Of a stretch of DNA of 64,000 bases, positions 46,984-59,600 are shown piece after piece (within the stretch, counting starts at the first letter, position 1; each line of letters starts with the position of its first letter). A program made the translations under genes and the position numbers. Source of the stretch: Marsupella aquatica (taxonomy: Eukaryota > Plantae > Marchantiophyta); NCBI GenBank assembly GCA_973895155.1, contig OZ316893.1:16274645-16338644 (forward strand), given 5' to 3'. The notes under the pieces were generated by a model. The model saw only the letters and a list, made by a program, of their open reading frames with translations, was not told the DNA's origin and made no database searches.

Positions 46984-49048
46984 CTACTGCTCGTTTCTCC
47001 TCTTTCCGCTTGGAACGAGTAGTTGCATAGGTATCCGTTAGAACTTTATCCCGATCCTGAACTCGAGCATTAGGCATGCCCACCACCCCTGGCTTCACCA
47101 AGTGATCCACTAACACATCAGGAACAATTCCGGCCAGTGGTTGAGCAAACGTGGAGTGGCCTGTCACTTCCACTCTGTTCACATCCCCATGGTGGATCAT
47201 TCCACAATGCTCAACCTCTTCAGAGTACACCATCCTCACTTTAGCCTCTGGTCTGATTGTCTCCTTGACAGGCTCTTGAGCAAAGCGAACCATCATTTTT
47301 GTTTTAGGCGGATTTGGACATTCCACAGGCAAGTGCCCTTCCTTGCCACAATTTCCACATATAGGGGTGTATCCCTCTTCTCTCTTCGGATACGGACATT
47401 GCGGTGAGTAGTGGTCCGGCTGACCGCAATTCCAACAGGATCCTTTCTGCCGTGGAGCTCCTCTAGGGGGGTATCCTCCTGGAGGTCCCATAGGCGGCCT
47501 GGGAACAGGTCTGTTGAAGGCAGGTTTTGGCGGTACCCAATTATTCATTGGTGGAGGGGCAGGTGGGAAATACTGACCTCCTGGTGTTGCCTGAACTGCA
47601 TATGCCGGCTCGTATTCGTAATCTTCTACCTCCTCCGGTCCTTCCAAGTAATTTACTGCCATACGCCAATTTGGGCACTCCGTCGGATAGTGCCCTTGCT
47701 GATTACAATGGGTACACCACACGTTTGTCCTCATGGTTGGTGGTAATCTTCGCACAGGTTTCACCGCAGCAATATGTACATTCAGCTTAGATAGCTTCCC
47801 GGTTATTTCCTCCATCATGCGATCCATTTTTTTCTGAGTAGAAGTCTTAGGCTCTACCTTCGAGGTTGACTTCTTCTTCTTGGAGGCGGACTGTTCCGAA
47901 TCTGAACTAGAACTAGAGCTAGCGCTCGCACTAGTGCTTGAATCCGTACTCTCATCGTCTTCACTACTGCTGCTGTCACTATCGTCCTTCTCTGAATCAG
48001 ATTTAGACTTTGATTTTTTCTTCTTTTTCCTCTTATCTTTCTTCAAGTCTTTCCTCACTCGCTTTTTCTCAGAAATTTCAGAATCCACATACTTCTGTGC
48101 TGATTCCTGAACTTCCTCCAAAGTAGTACCACCTTCACGCCTGACATATCGAGCAATTCGTGACGGCAATCCGTTGATAAACCAATCCTTCACAGTAGAC
48201 TTAGATGTGGCTGGATTATATTGGTCCACCAAATCCAACAGTTTATCCGCATATTTCCTCACAGACCCATGTTTCTTCATGTGTAAATGAGAGATCCTAG
48301 CAAAAGCTCGAGCGGCAGACCCCTCCTCTTTGTACTTAGCCAAGAAGGCATCCTTCAACTTACCCCAGTCATGTTTATCTGGAAAGCGATCATACCACTT
48401 TTGAGCTCTCTTCTTCATCAGTCCACCAAATAAATTAGCCTTTTCCGCATCTTGGCTTTGTCCATTTGAAGCTGCAGCAGCTTCAAATTCCTTCAAATAG
48501 ACTTCTGCATCCTCCTTAGATGATCCAAAGAATCTATCATATCTCACATTGTTACGAGCCATTATAGTAGGACTTAGATTAGGGATGGGCAAGGCAGATC
48601 GGATGGCAAACGGATTAGTCCAAGTTTGAGGACTTAATACAATAGAACTACTAGATTCTGAACTACTGCCGGAGCTCTTCTCGCCTGAAGACGACCCTTC
48701 TGATGAATTAAATGCTGTGAAGCCTTCAAGTTCTTCTAGAGTTGGATTCTGTTGTAAAATCCCTTCGACATCTGATGGTTTCCTTGAATGCTGTGGTGGA
48801 CCAATCAACTTGGGTCCGGATCGCAAATTCACATATAAGGGTCTACTGGGTGCAGGATTTTCCAGAGTCCCTTGGGTTACCCTAGTCTGAATGGAGGTTA
48901 CCTTCCTTGTCACACTTCCCGGTAAAGGGAATTCTGATGCTTGAAACTCAGACAGGAGGTCTCGAGGCTCCACTGCCTTGCTCGAGGATTCTGATTTATA
49001 AGAAGCTTTCCTCCATTTCTTTTTGATTTGGCGAGCTTCCTCCGACAT
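46958..49048 (-). CDS. gag: Gypsy Gag with three CCHC zinc knuckles
   Basis: Retrotrans_gag-like core (AQKWYD...WGKLKDAFL...WFINGL) plus CTHCNQQGHYPTEC, CWNCGQPDHYSPQC and CGNCGKEGHLPVEC. Confidence 0.93.
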   Translation of the reverse strand: MSEEARQIKKKWRKASYKSESSSKAVEPRDLLSEFQASEFPLPGSVTRKVTSIQTRVTQGTLENPAPSRPLYVNLRSGPKLIGPPQHSRKPSDVEGILQQNPTLEELEGFTAFNSSEGSSSGEKSSGSSSESSSSIVLSPQTWTNPFAIRSALPIPNLSPTIMARNNVRYDRFFGSSKEDAEVYLKEFEAAAASNGQSQDAEKANLFGGLMKKRAQKWYDRFPDKHDWGKLKDAFLAKYKEEGSAARAFARISHLHMKKHGSVRKYADKLLDLVDQYNPATSKSTVKDWFINGLPSRIARYVRREGGTTLEEVQESAQKYVDSEISEKKRVRKDLKKDKRKKKKKSKSKSDSEKDDSDSSSSEDDESTDSSTSASASSSSSSDSEQSASKKKKSTSKVEPKTSTQKKMDRMMEEITGKLSKLNVHIAAVKPVRRLPPTMRTNVWCTHCNQQGHYPTECPNWRMAVNYLEGPEEVEDYEYEPAYAVQATPGGQYFPPAPPPMNNWVPPKPAFNRPVPRPPMGPPGGYPPRGAPRQKGSCWNCGQPDHYSPQCPYPKREEGYTPICGNCGKEGHLPVECPNPPKTKMMVRFAQEPVKETIRPEAKVRMVYSEEVEHCGMIHHGDVNRVEVTGHSTFAQPLAGIVPDVLVDHLVKPGVVGMPNARVQDRDKVLTDTYATTRSKRKEEKRAVAKHQKKGP

Positions 49049-49102
49049 ACCTCATTCTTAGCAATAGTAAAACTTCTCTCCCCAGTTAATTGTCTTGCTA
49101 CA

Positions 49103-49456
49103 TTACTGAATCCAGGTCGTACTCAGAAGTATTGAAGGAAGATGTGATTCATGATGCCCCATTATGAAGAAATCCAGGTGGTACAGGCGATCACCAATTT
49201 GAATAGGTACTACCCTAATCTCCCCCACAGGTTTAATCAATTGGCCATTGATCCAGAACTGTGTGTAAGTTGGTAAAATTGGTGCGAGAGCCAGATTCTG
49301 AGCCAAACGAATAGAAAGCAAATTAATTCGAGAGCCCCTGTCTATTGAAACTTCCTTAATCAGGTATCCCGCCAATCTCACCTGAGATTCAAAAGAACTT
49401 TGGATGGCTCTTGTGAACACATTGGAGGGATGCATGGTAGCTTTGATTACAAGCAT
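49103..49456 (-). CDS. Upstream retropepsin-like ORF (117 aa) with a non-canonical active site
   Basis: VSIDRGSRINLL...NGQLIKPVGEIR...LDFFIM...ILLSTTWI aligns by eye with the element's own protease. Confidence 0.65.
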   Translation of the reverse strand: MLVIKATMHPSNVFTRAIQSSFESQVRLAGYLIKEVSIDRGSRINLLSIRLAQNLALAPILPTYTQFWINGQLIKPVGEIRVVPIQIGDRLYHLDFFIMGHHESHLPSILLSTTWIQ

Positions 49457-50416
49457 CTTTCAATGCCACTCAAATTTTGAGAAAACACCCACTACAGATG
49501 GAAGCGGTCACCTTGGCTTTTCCCAAGGGGCATGCCTCTTGCACCTTGTGTCGAGGGATTCGAACAGGTATGTCCATTCAACTCTTGGGAATCCAAAGTG
49601 TCTGGAAACCCATTCAATGCCTTGGAGATCTTCTCCTGACCCCTCTTCATATCCTTCTTTGGCTAGGTTTACCGCAGCACTTCCTATCTCATCCTCCTAT
49701 TGGGCCCCATTTCACCTTGAAGCATTGTACTAGCCAATTCCGAAATAGAAATTACAGTATATCTCTCCTGAGTAATCCTACCATTTAATCTCAGCGTTAC
49801 CAAATGCAAATTCAAACCTTCCCACCATATTATGGACAGCCAATGAACTCCCCTTCTACCCCTCACACTTAACACCCATGTTTGCACATATTGATTATGC
49901 AAATTCCTAACTCGTAGGGAGCCTAATGATCTAATGGGTGGGGGCATTCTTCAAGAATCCTCCACCCCTAAGGTTGGCTTACAGCCTAAGTATCTCAATA
50001 ATTTTTAGCATTGGCTCTAACACTTATCCTAAACAAATTGATCTCTTCAATAAAAAGGGTAAAACTCTTTCCAAACTTCACCTATAATCCACTGATTATC
50101 TTAATCTCGATTCCTACACACAGAAATCTCTTTCTTCACATGGAAATCAAGCACCCTTGAGGCTATCCTTTTTGGCCTTAATTTCCTTCCTTCTCCTTCT
50201 CCTATTAAGGAGGGCTTCCTCCCTCATCATCTCCCGGAAAGCTTCCGGGGCATTTGCTAGGGTGAAGGGTCGAACCTCCAGCACCTGAATTGGCCATTGT
50301 CCTGAATCTTCCATTAAGTAACTCCTTCTGACCAATTCAACCTCCTCGGTTGGCATTCACTGCCTTGATATCAATCCATTCCATACTGTTCCCCGGCAGC
50401 GGCGCCAAAAATCATA

Positions 50417-52136
50417 TGTCGTATAGCCAAAAGAACAAAAAGGAACACTTTTTACATAAAGACTCGGAATACGATCCCTTTAAGAACAGATTTGGAAAGA
50501 ATTGAATGAATTTATCTCTCTGAGTAATCTAAAGCTTTCAGCACATAGATTTCTTGTTTCTCACTAAAAGATCAAATAAACAAAACACCAAAGTAAATAA
50601 ACTTCTGTCTTATGAGTCAAGAGAGAGTCAATTATGGTCTGAAAACTCTGATTAGCTATTGCCACTCCTTCAAAAAGGACTATGGTCTTAGAATAGACAT
50701 AAAACAAGTCTCATAACTCACTAATTTCTCTCCTGACTAAATAAAATTGCATGATAAGGAATTTCCAATTTGCTAAACAAGTATTGCTCTGGTTACAAAT
50801 GTAATGATATGACTTAAGATGCCGGCAACATGGTTTGACATCAGCAATACGCAATTCCGTCAAACACTAAATCATATTCCATAAACAAAGTAACGGTACT
50901 GAATACTCTGAGAACCAAACTTTACTTCTCACATATCAAACAACAACTCTTGAATTAGCTAGCGAATCTTGACCCTTCAAGCAAGCCTAGCAGTGAATTC
51001 AATGTAAGTCACAGAAGTTTGTAACTGAATTCAAGTATCAAGAAATTTCTTGAATTCATAAATTCAAACATAAGTTTTACTTCCATACAAGACTTTTCTT
51101 GTTAAAATGGAAGGAGGGAAACTAACAAAAGTCTGATTGGAATTGTCCCCCCTTCTTCCGAATGGAAAAACCATGAGGTTTTATAAGTAAAGGTTCCCTT
51201 AACTGAAAAGGCATGACTTTTCAAACCTCAAATATCTAAAAGACAATCCTAAAAGAAATAAAGAAATGCATTGGAGACTTAGTGGACGCTTTGTAGAGCG
51301 TCTGTGCTTTCCGGTAAAACTAATAAACAGTGGTGTTAGTCTAATTTTAACTTCTAAACTAAAAGTTGGAATGAGCTGAGACTTTTCTAGAGTACTCTAC
51401 TACATATAATCTCTATGCTGGTAAAGTTTCAGACTTTTCTGAGGTCTCTAAGTGCCTCAAATAAATCGGTGAAAGTGGCACGGTGTTATAAAAGTGCGAA
51501 AACTGAAAATTTTTCTAAGTGTCGGGAACATAGTGGACGCTTCAGAAAGCGTCCAAAACTACAAAGGACTTTTGTGGACGCTTTAGAAAGCGTCGGCTGA
51601 ATTTTGAGGTTTTGGTCGCAGCGTCCGTCTTCTGGGCTCCGGGCGGGACGCTTCAGAAAGCGGCGAAGTCTGTCTTGGCGGACGCTTCAGAAAGCGTCGA
51701 TTCTGCTTTGTCTTCGAACACGGTCGGACGCTTCAGAAGGCGTCACTTCTCATGTGGACGCTTCAGAAAGCGTCTCATCGGACTTTGGGGTTAGCGGACG
51801 CTTCAGAAAGCGTCTTAAAGCGTCCGGTGTCTGGTTCGAATAGACGTTTCACGAAGCATCTTCTGTTCCGTGGTATCGGTGAAGGACGGCTCAAAAAGCG
51901 TCGTGGTTAAGGGGGTCGCATCTGGTTGGCAGCACACATGGACGCCTCAGCTGTCTTGAGGTTTATTGGCTTTGTAACTGGGGACGCTTCAGAAAGCGTC
52001 CTTAGTTAGACTGAAGTGAGTTAACCGCCAAATGGAAAGTAGACGCTTCAGAAAGCGTCGTTTTTTGCTCAAAAAGTTTGAAACGATTCAGATTTTTCTC
52101 TTATGGTCGTGTTTCAGCAAAAGTCTCCTTTCCACA
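50417..52136 (-). repeat. 5' LTR (1720 bp)
   Basis: Direct repeat of 38276-39994, followed on the minus strand by a spacer and the PBS. Confidence 0.95.
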
Positions 52137-53684
52137 CCCAAGTCCACATTTCAATACCTTCCTTTGTCACCCATGGGACATCATCATTTGACTTGAGCTT
52201 ATACTGAAAGCATGGCATCCCGTCTTCTCAAACATAAAATTGAAATAGGCGGGGCTTTCCATGCCCAACCAACAAGTCTGGGCCTTTTAGTAGAAAAGGC
52301 TCTACATATCCTTTGAAGTCCGGTACCTCTTGTACAAAATGTGGAACTGGACTTGGTGTTCTTGCTTTCATGAACAAGCTCATCAAGTTGGGTAATGTCC
52401 ATGTTGGATTGTGCATAAGGGATTCAGAGAAATGCCCAAACATACCATCAACATCCTCATGAGTGTGCCCAACCATAAGAAATCCAAGTTGAACCTCTTC
52501 AAACACCTTCCTTGTTGTTAACAATGATAAATAGACCATAACAAATTTGTTCTTATTATCACTTGGTCCATTGTCAAGTTGCAATTTTAATGTCCGTGGG
52601 AGAGGCCTGAAACAATAACTTGGTTGTGAAGATGATGACTCAACTGTATCATTACAAATCCCAATGCCATAGAAAGATATGGATTTAAATAAATGTGACT
52701 TTGTGTTTTTCTATCAACGCACTAAAAAATAATGCAAAACAATGGAATTCATGTGATGAATACTACATACCTAGCTCCGCAATGAAACTGGAGTCCTCCT
52801 TGAATGCTTTTCTAACATCCTCCTCAAGAACATCTATTCTCCCTCGTCAAAGATTGCTGAAGTTATTTGTGGAATCCGGACCCTCTAGAAGAGTATTAAT
52901 CATAGGTTCAGGGTTTTCCAACATCCAAAGAATCGAGTCAATTGACCCAATACTTTCATTTGAATCCGGAGCCCAACATGCAAGATTATATTGAGCCACA
53001 GCTTTGGGGCCATGACCATGAGTTAAAATACCCATCACAGTGATTGGTAGGCGGATAGAGCCATCCCAATCTTCTGGATTCCATGGCATTTTGGGGAGAG
53101 CAATCTTACAATGGTCTTGTCACAGATTATACAAACCGACTCCTTGGGATGAGCAATAGAATGTGACCTCCACGCATGATATAATAATCTTCCCTCTGTG
53201 TGATCTTCATGATGCTCCTCTTTGTCACGTCTAAAAATCTCCATTCTAACTAGATTCTTTTCCTCTAGAAAGTTGAGACTTGCATTGTTGTAACTCACTA
53301 CAGGTATAATTGCATTTTGAGAAGTTATTTCCCTTCTTATAAATCAAAACCTCTTTGAAATATTTTTGGTGAAGGAAACTCATTGTCGGTTGAGATATCC
53401 AGCCAAGACCAAGGGAAATATTTATATCATTCACCCTATCCCTCATTGTCTCCCAAGTAAGGCTTGTCGGCAACTCCCGCAGACCAACCCTTGAGTTGTC
53501 AGCCAAAGTTCTTTGTTTGGCAGGATGGTTATCTGCACTCTCATCAATAATCATTTTCATTGACATCAACAATTGAGAAACTCTCTCTGACATCCTTTTC
53601 TTCCCTTGGTTCCCATGCTTAGATATCTTCAAGCCTTCCCTAACCTGTTTTTTCATGATATCAAATTGGGTTTTTTCTTTCAAA
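52137..53684 (-). pseudogene. Sola-like (DUF7869-type) DDD transposase, N-terminal and catalytic part, degenerate
   Basis: HGNQG, FSKC..CSEL, CIICDK, QLDNGPSDNKN and FLMVGHTHEDVDGMF match the DNxxxxNKN / GHTxxxxD pattern of Sola-type transposases. Confidence 0.7.
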
Positions 53685-56600
53685 TGCAATACCTTCCACG
53701 CCAGTGGTGGACCTTGCCACCCAGCGCCCTCACCAATCCCAACACTCACACCTAAGTGCCCCTGGTGCTCGAACGCCTCCACGGAATACCTCGAGCAAGC
53801 ACTCTAGTGCCCCTTGCACCGCCAGCGGCCCCTCCCATACAAAGCCGCACTTGCTCCCCCAACAGGACCGCTACTCAACGGTCCTCATTGTCTGCACAAG
53901 CAACCAAGCGCCCCGGTAAGTAACCCTTCTGAATCTAGAACTTGCCAAGTCTAGCATCCTAGTCAAGCTCAACAGACATTGGTACATGGGTCAGCGATAG
54001 GTCCTCCCGATGCCAGAAGCCGGAACCAGAACCTACGCCCACTGGTTGTCTAGAACAGCTCCTTCCTTGGGCGCGGCCCGGGTTCCCCCTCGTACCTATC
54101 CATCACCAACTGACCGCCCTGACCTCAGGACATGCTCATGGCCCAAATAGCATAGCTTGTCCTAAAGCTTGTCCCAAGCTTGTCCTAACACGTCGGGACC
54201 AGACTGGTCCTACTCTAGCGACCAACTCCCGGTTTGCCCCATTGATGGTCTAGGGACTGAGTACTCTTGGAACTCAACCTCCATACCTACTTGGCCTTGC
54301 CTCCCCAACGCAAGCTCCCTTGGGAGACTGAATGCGGCTTGGCTACTGTTCGGCAAGATTTGGCAAGCGGACGAGTTAACACCCGCAAACCCTGAGAACC
54401 CAAGGTTCCCCCAGACCTATCTGAGCTCAGGAGAGCGTAGCCCTCCTCAAGAGCTTTCCAACGCACCCAATAAGTCCTCCAACGGACTTTCCGTTGGGAA
54501 GATATCGCCGTTTCCGTTTGGCGATTTCTCTTAGTGTCGTGGCCGCCGCGGCTCACGACTTCGGCTCGCCCTTAGCCCCCAGGGAGACACCACTCCCCTC
54601 ATATATGCTTCTGGAGACCTGCCACCCCGGACCAGCTTTGGTCCCGAAACATTTGGCCTCCAACCCGGATCCTATCGCGTATAACGGGCGCGCCACCAAC
54701 TGGCAACGCCCATAACTCTCTCATTAGGCATCCGCAAGCAGAGTGCCTTAGCCCGTTGTGATCGGGCCGACCCAATGCTCATGCCTAGCCCTCAGGTCTC
54801 ATCGCCACTTGGGGCCCCCGATCGGCCCAACCCGGATCGGGCCATAACTTGCGCCCCCAACGTCCGTTACCCATTGGCGTCAACTCCACGGGCCTTGGGC
54901 CCAAGAGGAGCTCACACTCAAGCCCTCAGAACTCAAAGTCCATCCGGAGGTCCGGACGGTCGTCCTTAAGCCCGGCCCATTTCCCCTTGACCCGACCAGC
55001 TCCCGGCCAGTCCAAGTCCTTAGTGTGTGTCACCAGCTTGGCTCCTTGCCTTTGCTAGCGCCACGTCTTGTCGCTCACAAGTCTCCCCATGCTAAGTCCT
55101 CCCCGGATGGCCTATCCGGGCCTGGACCATAAGGGAGCTCGGCGTCAGAGTCAGCAGCGCCGGAGCTAAGTGATAAGGTAGTTGAGTTCCGCGACTACGC
55201 CTCAAGAAAAATAGGAAAGCCTTCAACACCTAACAATATCTCCCCTTCTAGCGCATTTTGAATTGCCAAGACTTCTTCCTCCTTCCTTTGTTGAAATGAC
55301 TTGCTAAAGTACCTCTTCCTAATTCTTAGAGCCAAATCTCGATCAAAGTATTGACAACATTTTTGTCTACAACGATTGTTTGTACTGATCAATAAGATAT
55401 CTTCCTGTGTGTGGTGCGTCCCATGGCTCCCTAAACCCAAGAAAACCCCCATGCACAAACTGATTCCCGCAGGTTTTGCTCTTGGTGAGGTTGGTTCCGC
55501 GGCTTAGCGACATGGGACGCTGCTAACTCTCTTCTGCTAACTCTCTTCTACTAACTGGACAGATCCTTCATCGGGTCATGAGATACGTAGCCGGCCTATT
55601 CTATGCCTTCCCTTGTCTTCCTCTCCTTATCTTCTTTAGGTATGTTTGGATTCTGCCACCGGAATGATCCCCAACTGGCTTGGGTTAGCCGCTAAGACCT
55701 CTCTCAGCTCGACACATCCAACTCTTACTACCTTGCTCACTTCCTTCTCTCTTGGTTGATGTGGGCAATCTTCAAACAAGTTAATGCGACACAAAATAGC
55801 AAAATGACTCCTTCTGACTGAGTTATACCATGCACTTGCCATACAAATAGTACTTCTCATACACAAGATCTGCGAACTAAGCCGTGAGGCCAACTCTATT
55901 CAGCTCTTAGGCATGAGGAAGCATGAATATACACAAGGGTCATTGTATAACTAACCAAGAGCTTCTTTTACTACTTGATCCCAACCCTGTTGGTGGACTA
56001 AAAACTTGCTAAAGAAGAAGGCCCTGAACTCCTCGCTGCCCAGGTACTTATCCTGGCAGTGGATCCGCCTAATTCCTTGCAGCGTAAGCCTAATCTATCA
56101 TAACTGTAATCTACCTCTGTACAACAAGGCAGGAGCACAAGTGTTGCTCTTACCAGTGGATCCGCAATCCCACTAATCTAAGTGTCAGGGCCGCCTCTTG
56201 GTCCTGATCCTAATTCTAAACTTGGAGATCTGAGCCCGCCCTGCCCACTCACGCCTCCTTCCTCCACGTCCACCCTCCTTAAAAGGAGTGGCCCTCCACC
56301 ACCGTCATGGTAGCGGTAGCTGATCCTCAATGGACGCCCCCAATGCTTCCTCCGTAGCCATTGCCGTAGGTCCATCATCTGACAGATTACCTACCCTGGA
56401 CCCAGTCAACTCTCCCGCGGCCTAACCGGGTCCACCCTTGGCTTCGGCCTCAACATTGGCCACGGCCTCCGATACGGTTACGGCCTCCCCGGTCTATTCT
56501 AGTGGTGGATCTGGTACACTGGCTTCATCACTGATTGTCCCGGCTTTGGCCTTGCCATCCCCGCCTTCTAGGACAATTGGATCCTCTGCCATGACCCTAC

Positions 56601-59600
56601 CTAAGGTTGGTGCCGGGTACTCCTCCTTGGTCACGACGGCTTGAGAAGCCGCGTTACTCCCTGACCCAGAAGGTTTCCGCTTCTTCTTCTTCCTTGGTTC
56701 GGCAGCTGGTCCCTTCCCCTTGCCACTTACCTCTGGCACCGGTGCGAGTGTCGCGGCTTGTCCTTTGGCCAGTACTACCCCTGGCAACTTGGTTGCCACA
56801 ATTGGAGTTTGAACTGATGAAGCCAAGCACTTAAATACTGCAGCTTGTTTCTTCAGCCGCTCCATTTGGTTGTCGGCCCGCCGCTGTAAGTTCTCCATCT
56901 TCCTTGTGCTTTTCTCCAATGAACTCCTCCTGCGTTTCGTCCAGGTCCTTGCGCGCCTCCTCCAACTCCTTTTGGACTTCCTCCAATTCCTTCCGCGCCT
57001 CTTCCAACTCCTTCCGTAAGGTAGCCCTCTCCTCCTGGGTTGCTCTCAGCTCCTTGTCGAGCTCTGTTACGACCTCAGACTCCATTTTGTTCATCTTGGC
57101 GTAAGTCTAATAGAGTTGGTCGTCTTTCTCACGCATGTTGGCCTTGAAGCTGGCCGTCAGGGATGCAAGCTCTTACTGCAACACAATAATCCCTTGATAG
57201 GATTTCCCTAACTCGGCCTCCTTCTGCTCAAGGGCTCCGCGGAGATCCTCGAGCTCCCCCTTCAACGCCCTCTCCTTCCTTTGGGTCTCCGCCATGGCCC
57301 AATTCTTGGTTGCTATGTGGGCCTCCTTTGCGTCCTTCAGCTCTCGCTTCCACATCTCCCTTTCCTTGACCGCATCGGCCAACTCCCCTTGAGTCCGAAT
57401 CAATTTATCCTTGATAATTTGATTATCAGGCTGAGCGGTATCCAGTTGCCCCTGCATGATGTTTAGCTCATGCCGCTTAATCCGCAACTCCCCTTGGGCT
57501 TTCTTGGCTGCCTTCAGGTCTTCAGCCTCGGCTTCCTTCTCCCTAAGCCGTCGAATGACCTCGTCCTTCTTTCTTCTCTCCAAAGCCACCACTTCTTCCA
57601 ATCGGCATTTTTCCAACATCTCCCTCTGGAAAAAGGGTCCCTGCTCCAACTCCTCCGCAAAGATGCTGAGCGCAAGTTCCCCACACATCTCCCCGTAGTC
57701 CACGGCTCTTTCTTGCGCATAGGTGGAGTGAGTAGTAGTCATCGGCATCAACCACCGCGGCCTTTGTTCCCAAGCCGCCTTTTGGATTTCTTCTATTGTG
57801 GCTGGAGGGCTGCTTTGTCTTTCTGCAAGCCGCCGGATGTCCTCTGGCCATTCTCCCTCAAGTAAATCCTTCTCTTTGGCTAGGGCTGTCTCCTCCTCTT
57901 CCCTGAGCCGCTCCTCAAACTCCTGTGCCATTTGTTTTATCCCGTCGAATCTGGGGGGAGTGACATCTGGTGGGGGAGACTCGGGGCTGTTCTGCTAGGT
58001 GGGGTCCCCTCAAACTACTCTAGGAAGCGTGGGGATGGAATGGCCATAGTTCCTTACTCCTGGGACATGATGGTGCGACCTGTAGCCGGAGTTGTCATTG
58101 TCGTAGTCCTCCACCACCTCCTCCCCGGCTTGGACTACCGGCTCCCCCCGTTGCTCTCCTAGTCCTGCTGTGAACACGGCCTCCTGCCAAACATAGCTCA
58201 CGGGTCCGGGTTCCTCCTCCGGCTTCCAGTCTGTCCTCTCCCTCTGGTTACCGCGACCAAGAGCTTTAGGCTGCTTTCCCTCGGCTTTTGGACTCGAGGC
58301 TCATACATACATTCGAACCCCCGGCTCATGTTTCGTCCTCCTTCTTTCCTTGGCTCCGGTAAAGGGGTTTTCTCTCATGAGTTGGCTTAGGCCGACTTCT
58401 AGGGCAGTGTCCTGTACCAGTGCTGTTGCCGTTGCCGTTGCCATCCTCTTTTCCTTCTCCAGCAATTTCAGAAGATTATGCATGCCTGGTTGTTGCATTT
58501 GCAAGTCTTCCGTCCTAGGCCTAAACACTTGCTCGATTGTAGGACTGCCAGGCTGGTTGGGTTTCTCTGTTGCCGGCCTCTATTCCGGAACCTCCTCTGG
58601 TGCCCTTGCTTGCAGGGAAAGTACTGGGGCAAAGATCTGACTTTGGGCATACCGGCACAACAATGGCATGTGATAGCCAAGCCGGGATACGCTTCCCTTG
58701 CCGATCACCTGTTGTTCCTCCTTCAAGATCTTGTTCAGTTGGGTGAGGAGGTACCCATTGTAGTCTCGGCTTGGGTCTAGCCTCTCCGCCAGGTAGACTT
58801 GTGCCTTGCTGATCTCTGGCCTCGGCAAGTTGCAATGCATGGTTACCCTCAAGAAATCAATCATCTCTCCAATGTGCGGGTTGATGGCCCTCGGAACGAC
58901 CGAAACTCCTTGTCTAGCAAAGTCTTCCTGGTGTCTACATTGGTCTTATTTCCTATCGGCAAGCCAAACACTTCGGCAATCACCCGGGGAGTGAGATAGA
59001 ACTCATTCCCATAGATCCTTGTGGAATTTGTCTTGGGCTCCCATGATCCCACGAATTCTAATAAGTCAGAATCCGGCACCTTTGGCTTTAGTCATGGTAA
59101 TTTCACGAAGGCTTCCAAGCCGGATCAGGCCATGAAGCCCTGATACTTCCTAGTCTGCATAGCCGTAAAGCATGCATCCTCCTCTCATGCAAAGTGTAAT
59201 TGCACTTCCTCGGGGAGGGTCGCCGCCCAGCCTTTCCAGGTGTCATCCCTTGTTGGAATGGCATTGATGGGGTTGACCTCCTCCTCTTTGGCTTCTCCCT
59301 GCCTCCTGCTTCCCTGCTCGGTTGGCTTCCTTGGTGCCACCGACCTCATTCTCTTTGCAAGGGTGGCCTCTTTGTTGTTGCTCCCTTTCCTCTTCATAGC
59401 GGCTACCATGGATGTTTCTCCGAGCACGGTTGCCTTTGTCCACACCTTCGTGCTACCCTTCAACTCCCAGTGTATGTCGTTACAGTGGTTGATGGCTTCC
59501 CGGATGCCGATGATTATGTTCTCGCAAAACAGAAGGTCGTCAAGCTGATTGGCCGTAGGAGTCCACAAGAACTCAGCCTTGATAAGCTCTCCTCCTATGA

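Larger units (their letters stand above)
38276..52136 (-). mobile_element. Young full-length non-chromovirus Gypsy retrotransposon with extra 5' and 3' ORFs
   Basis: LTRs 38276-39994 and 50417-52136 are nearly identical (3 differences spotted by eye). PBS TGGCGCCGCTGCCGGGGA at 50390-50407 (tRNA-Asp type, as in Athila). PPT at 39996-40010. Confidence 0.96.
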
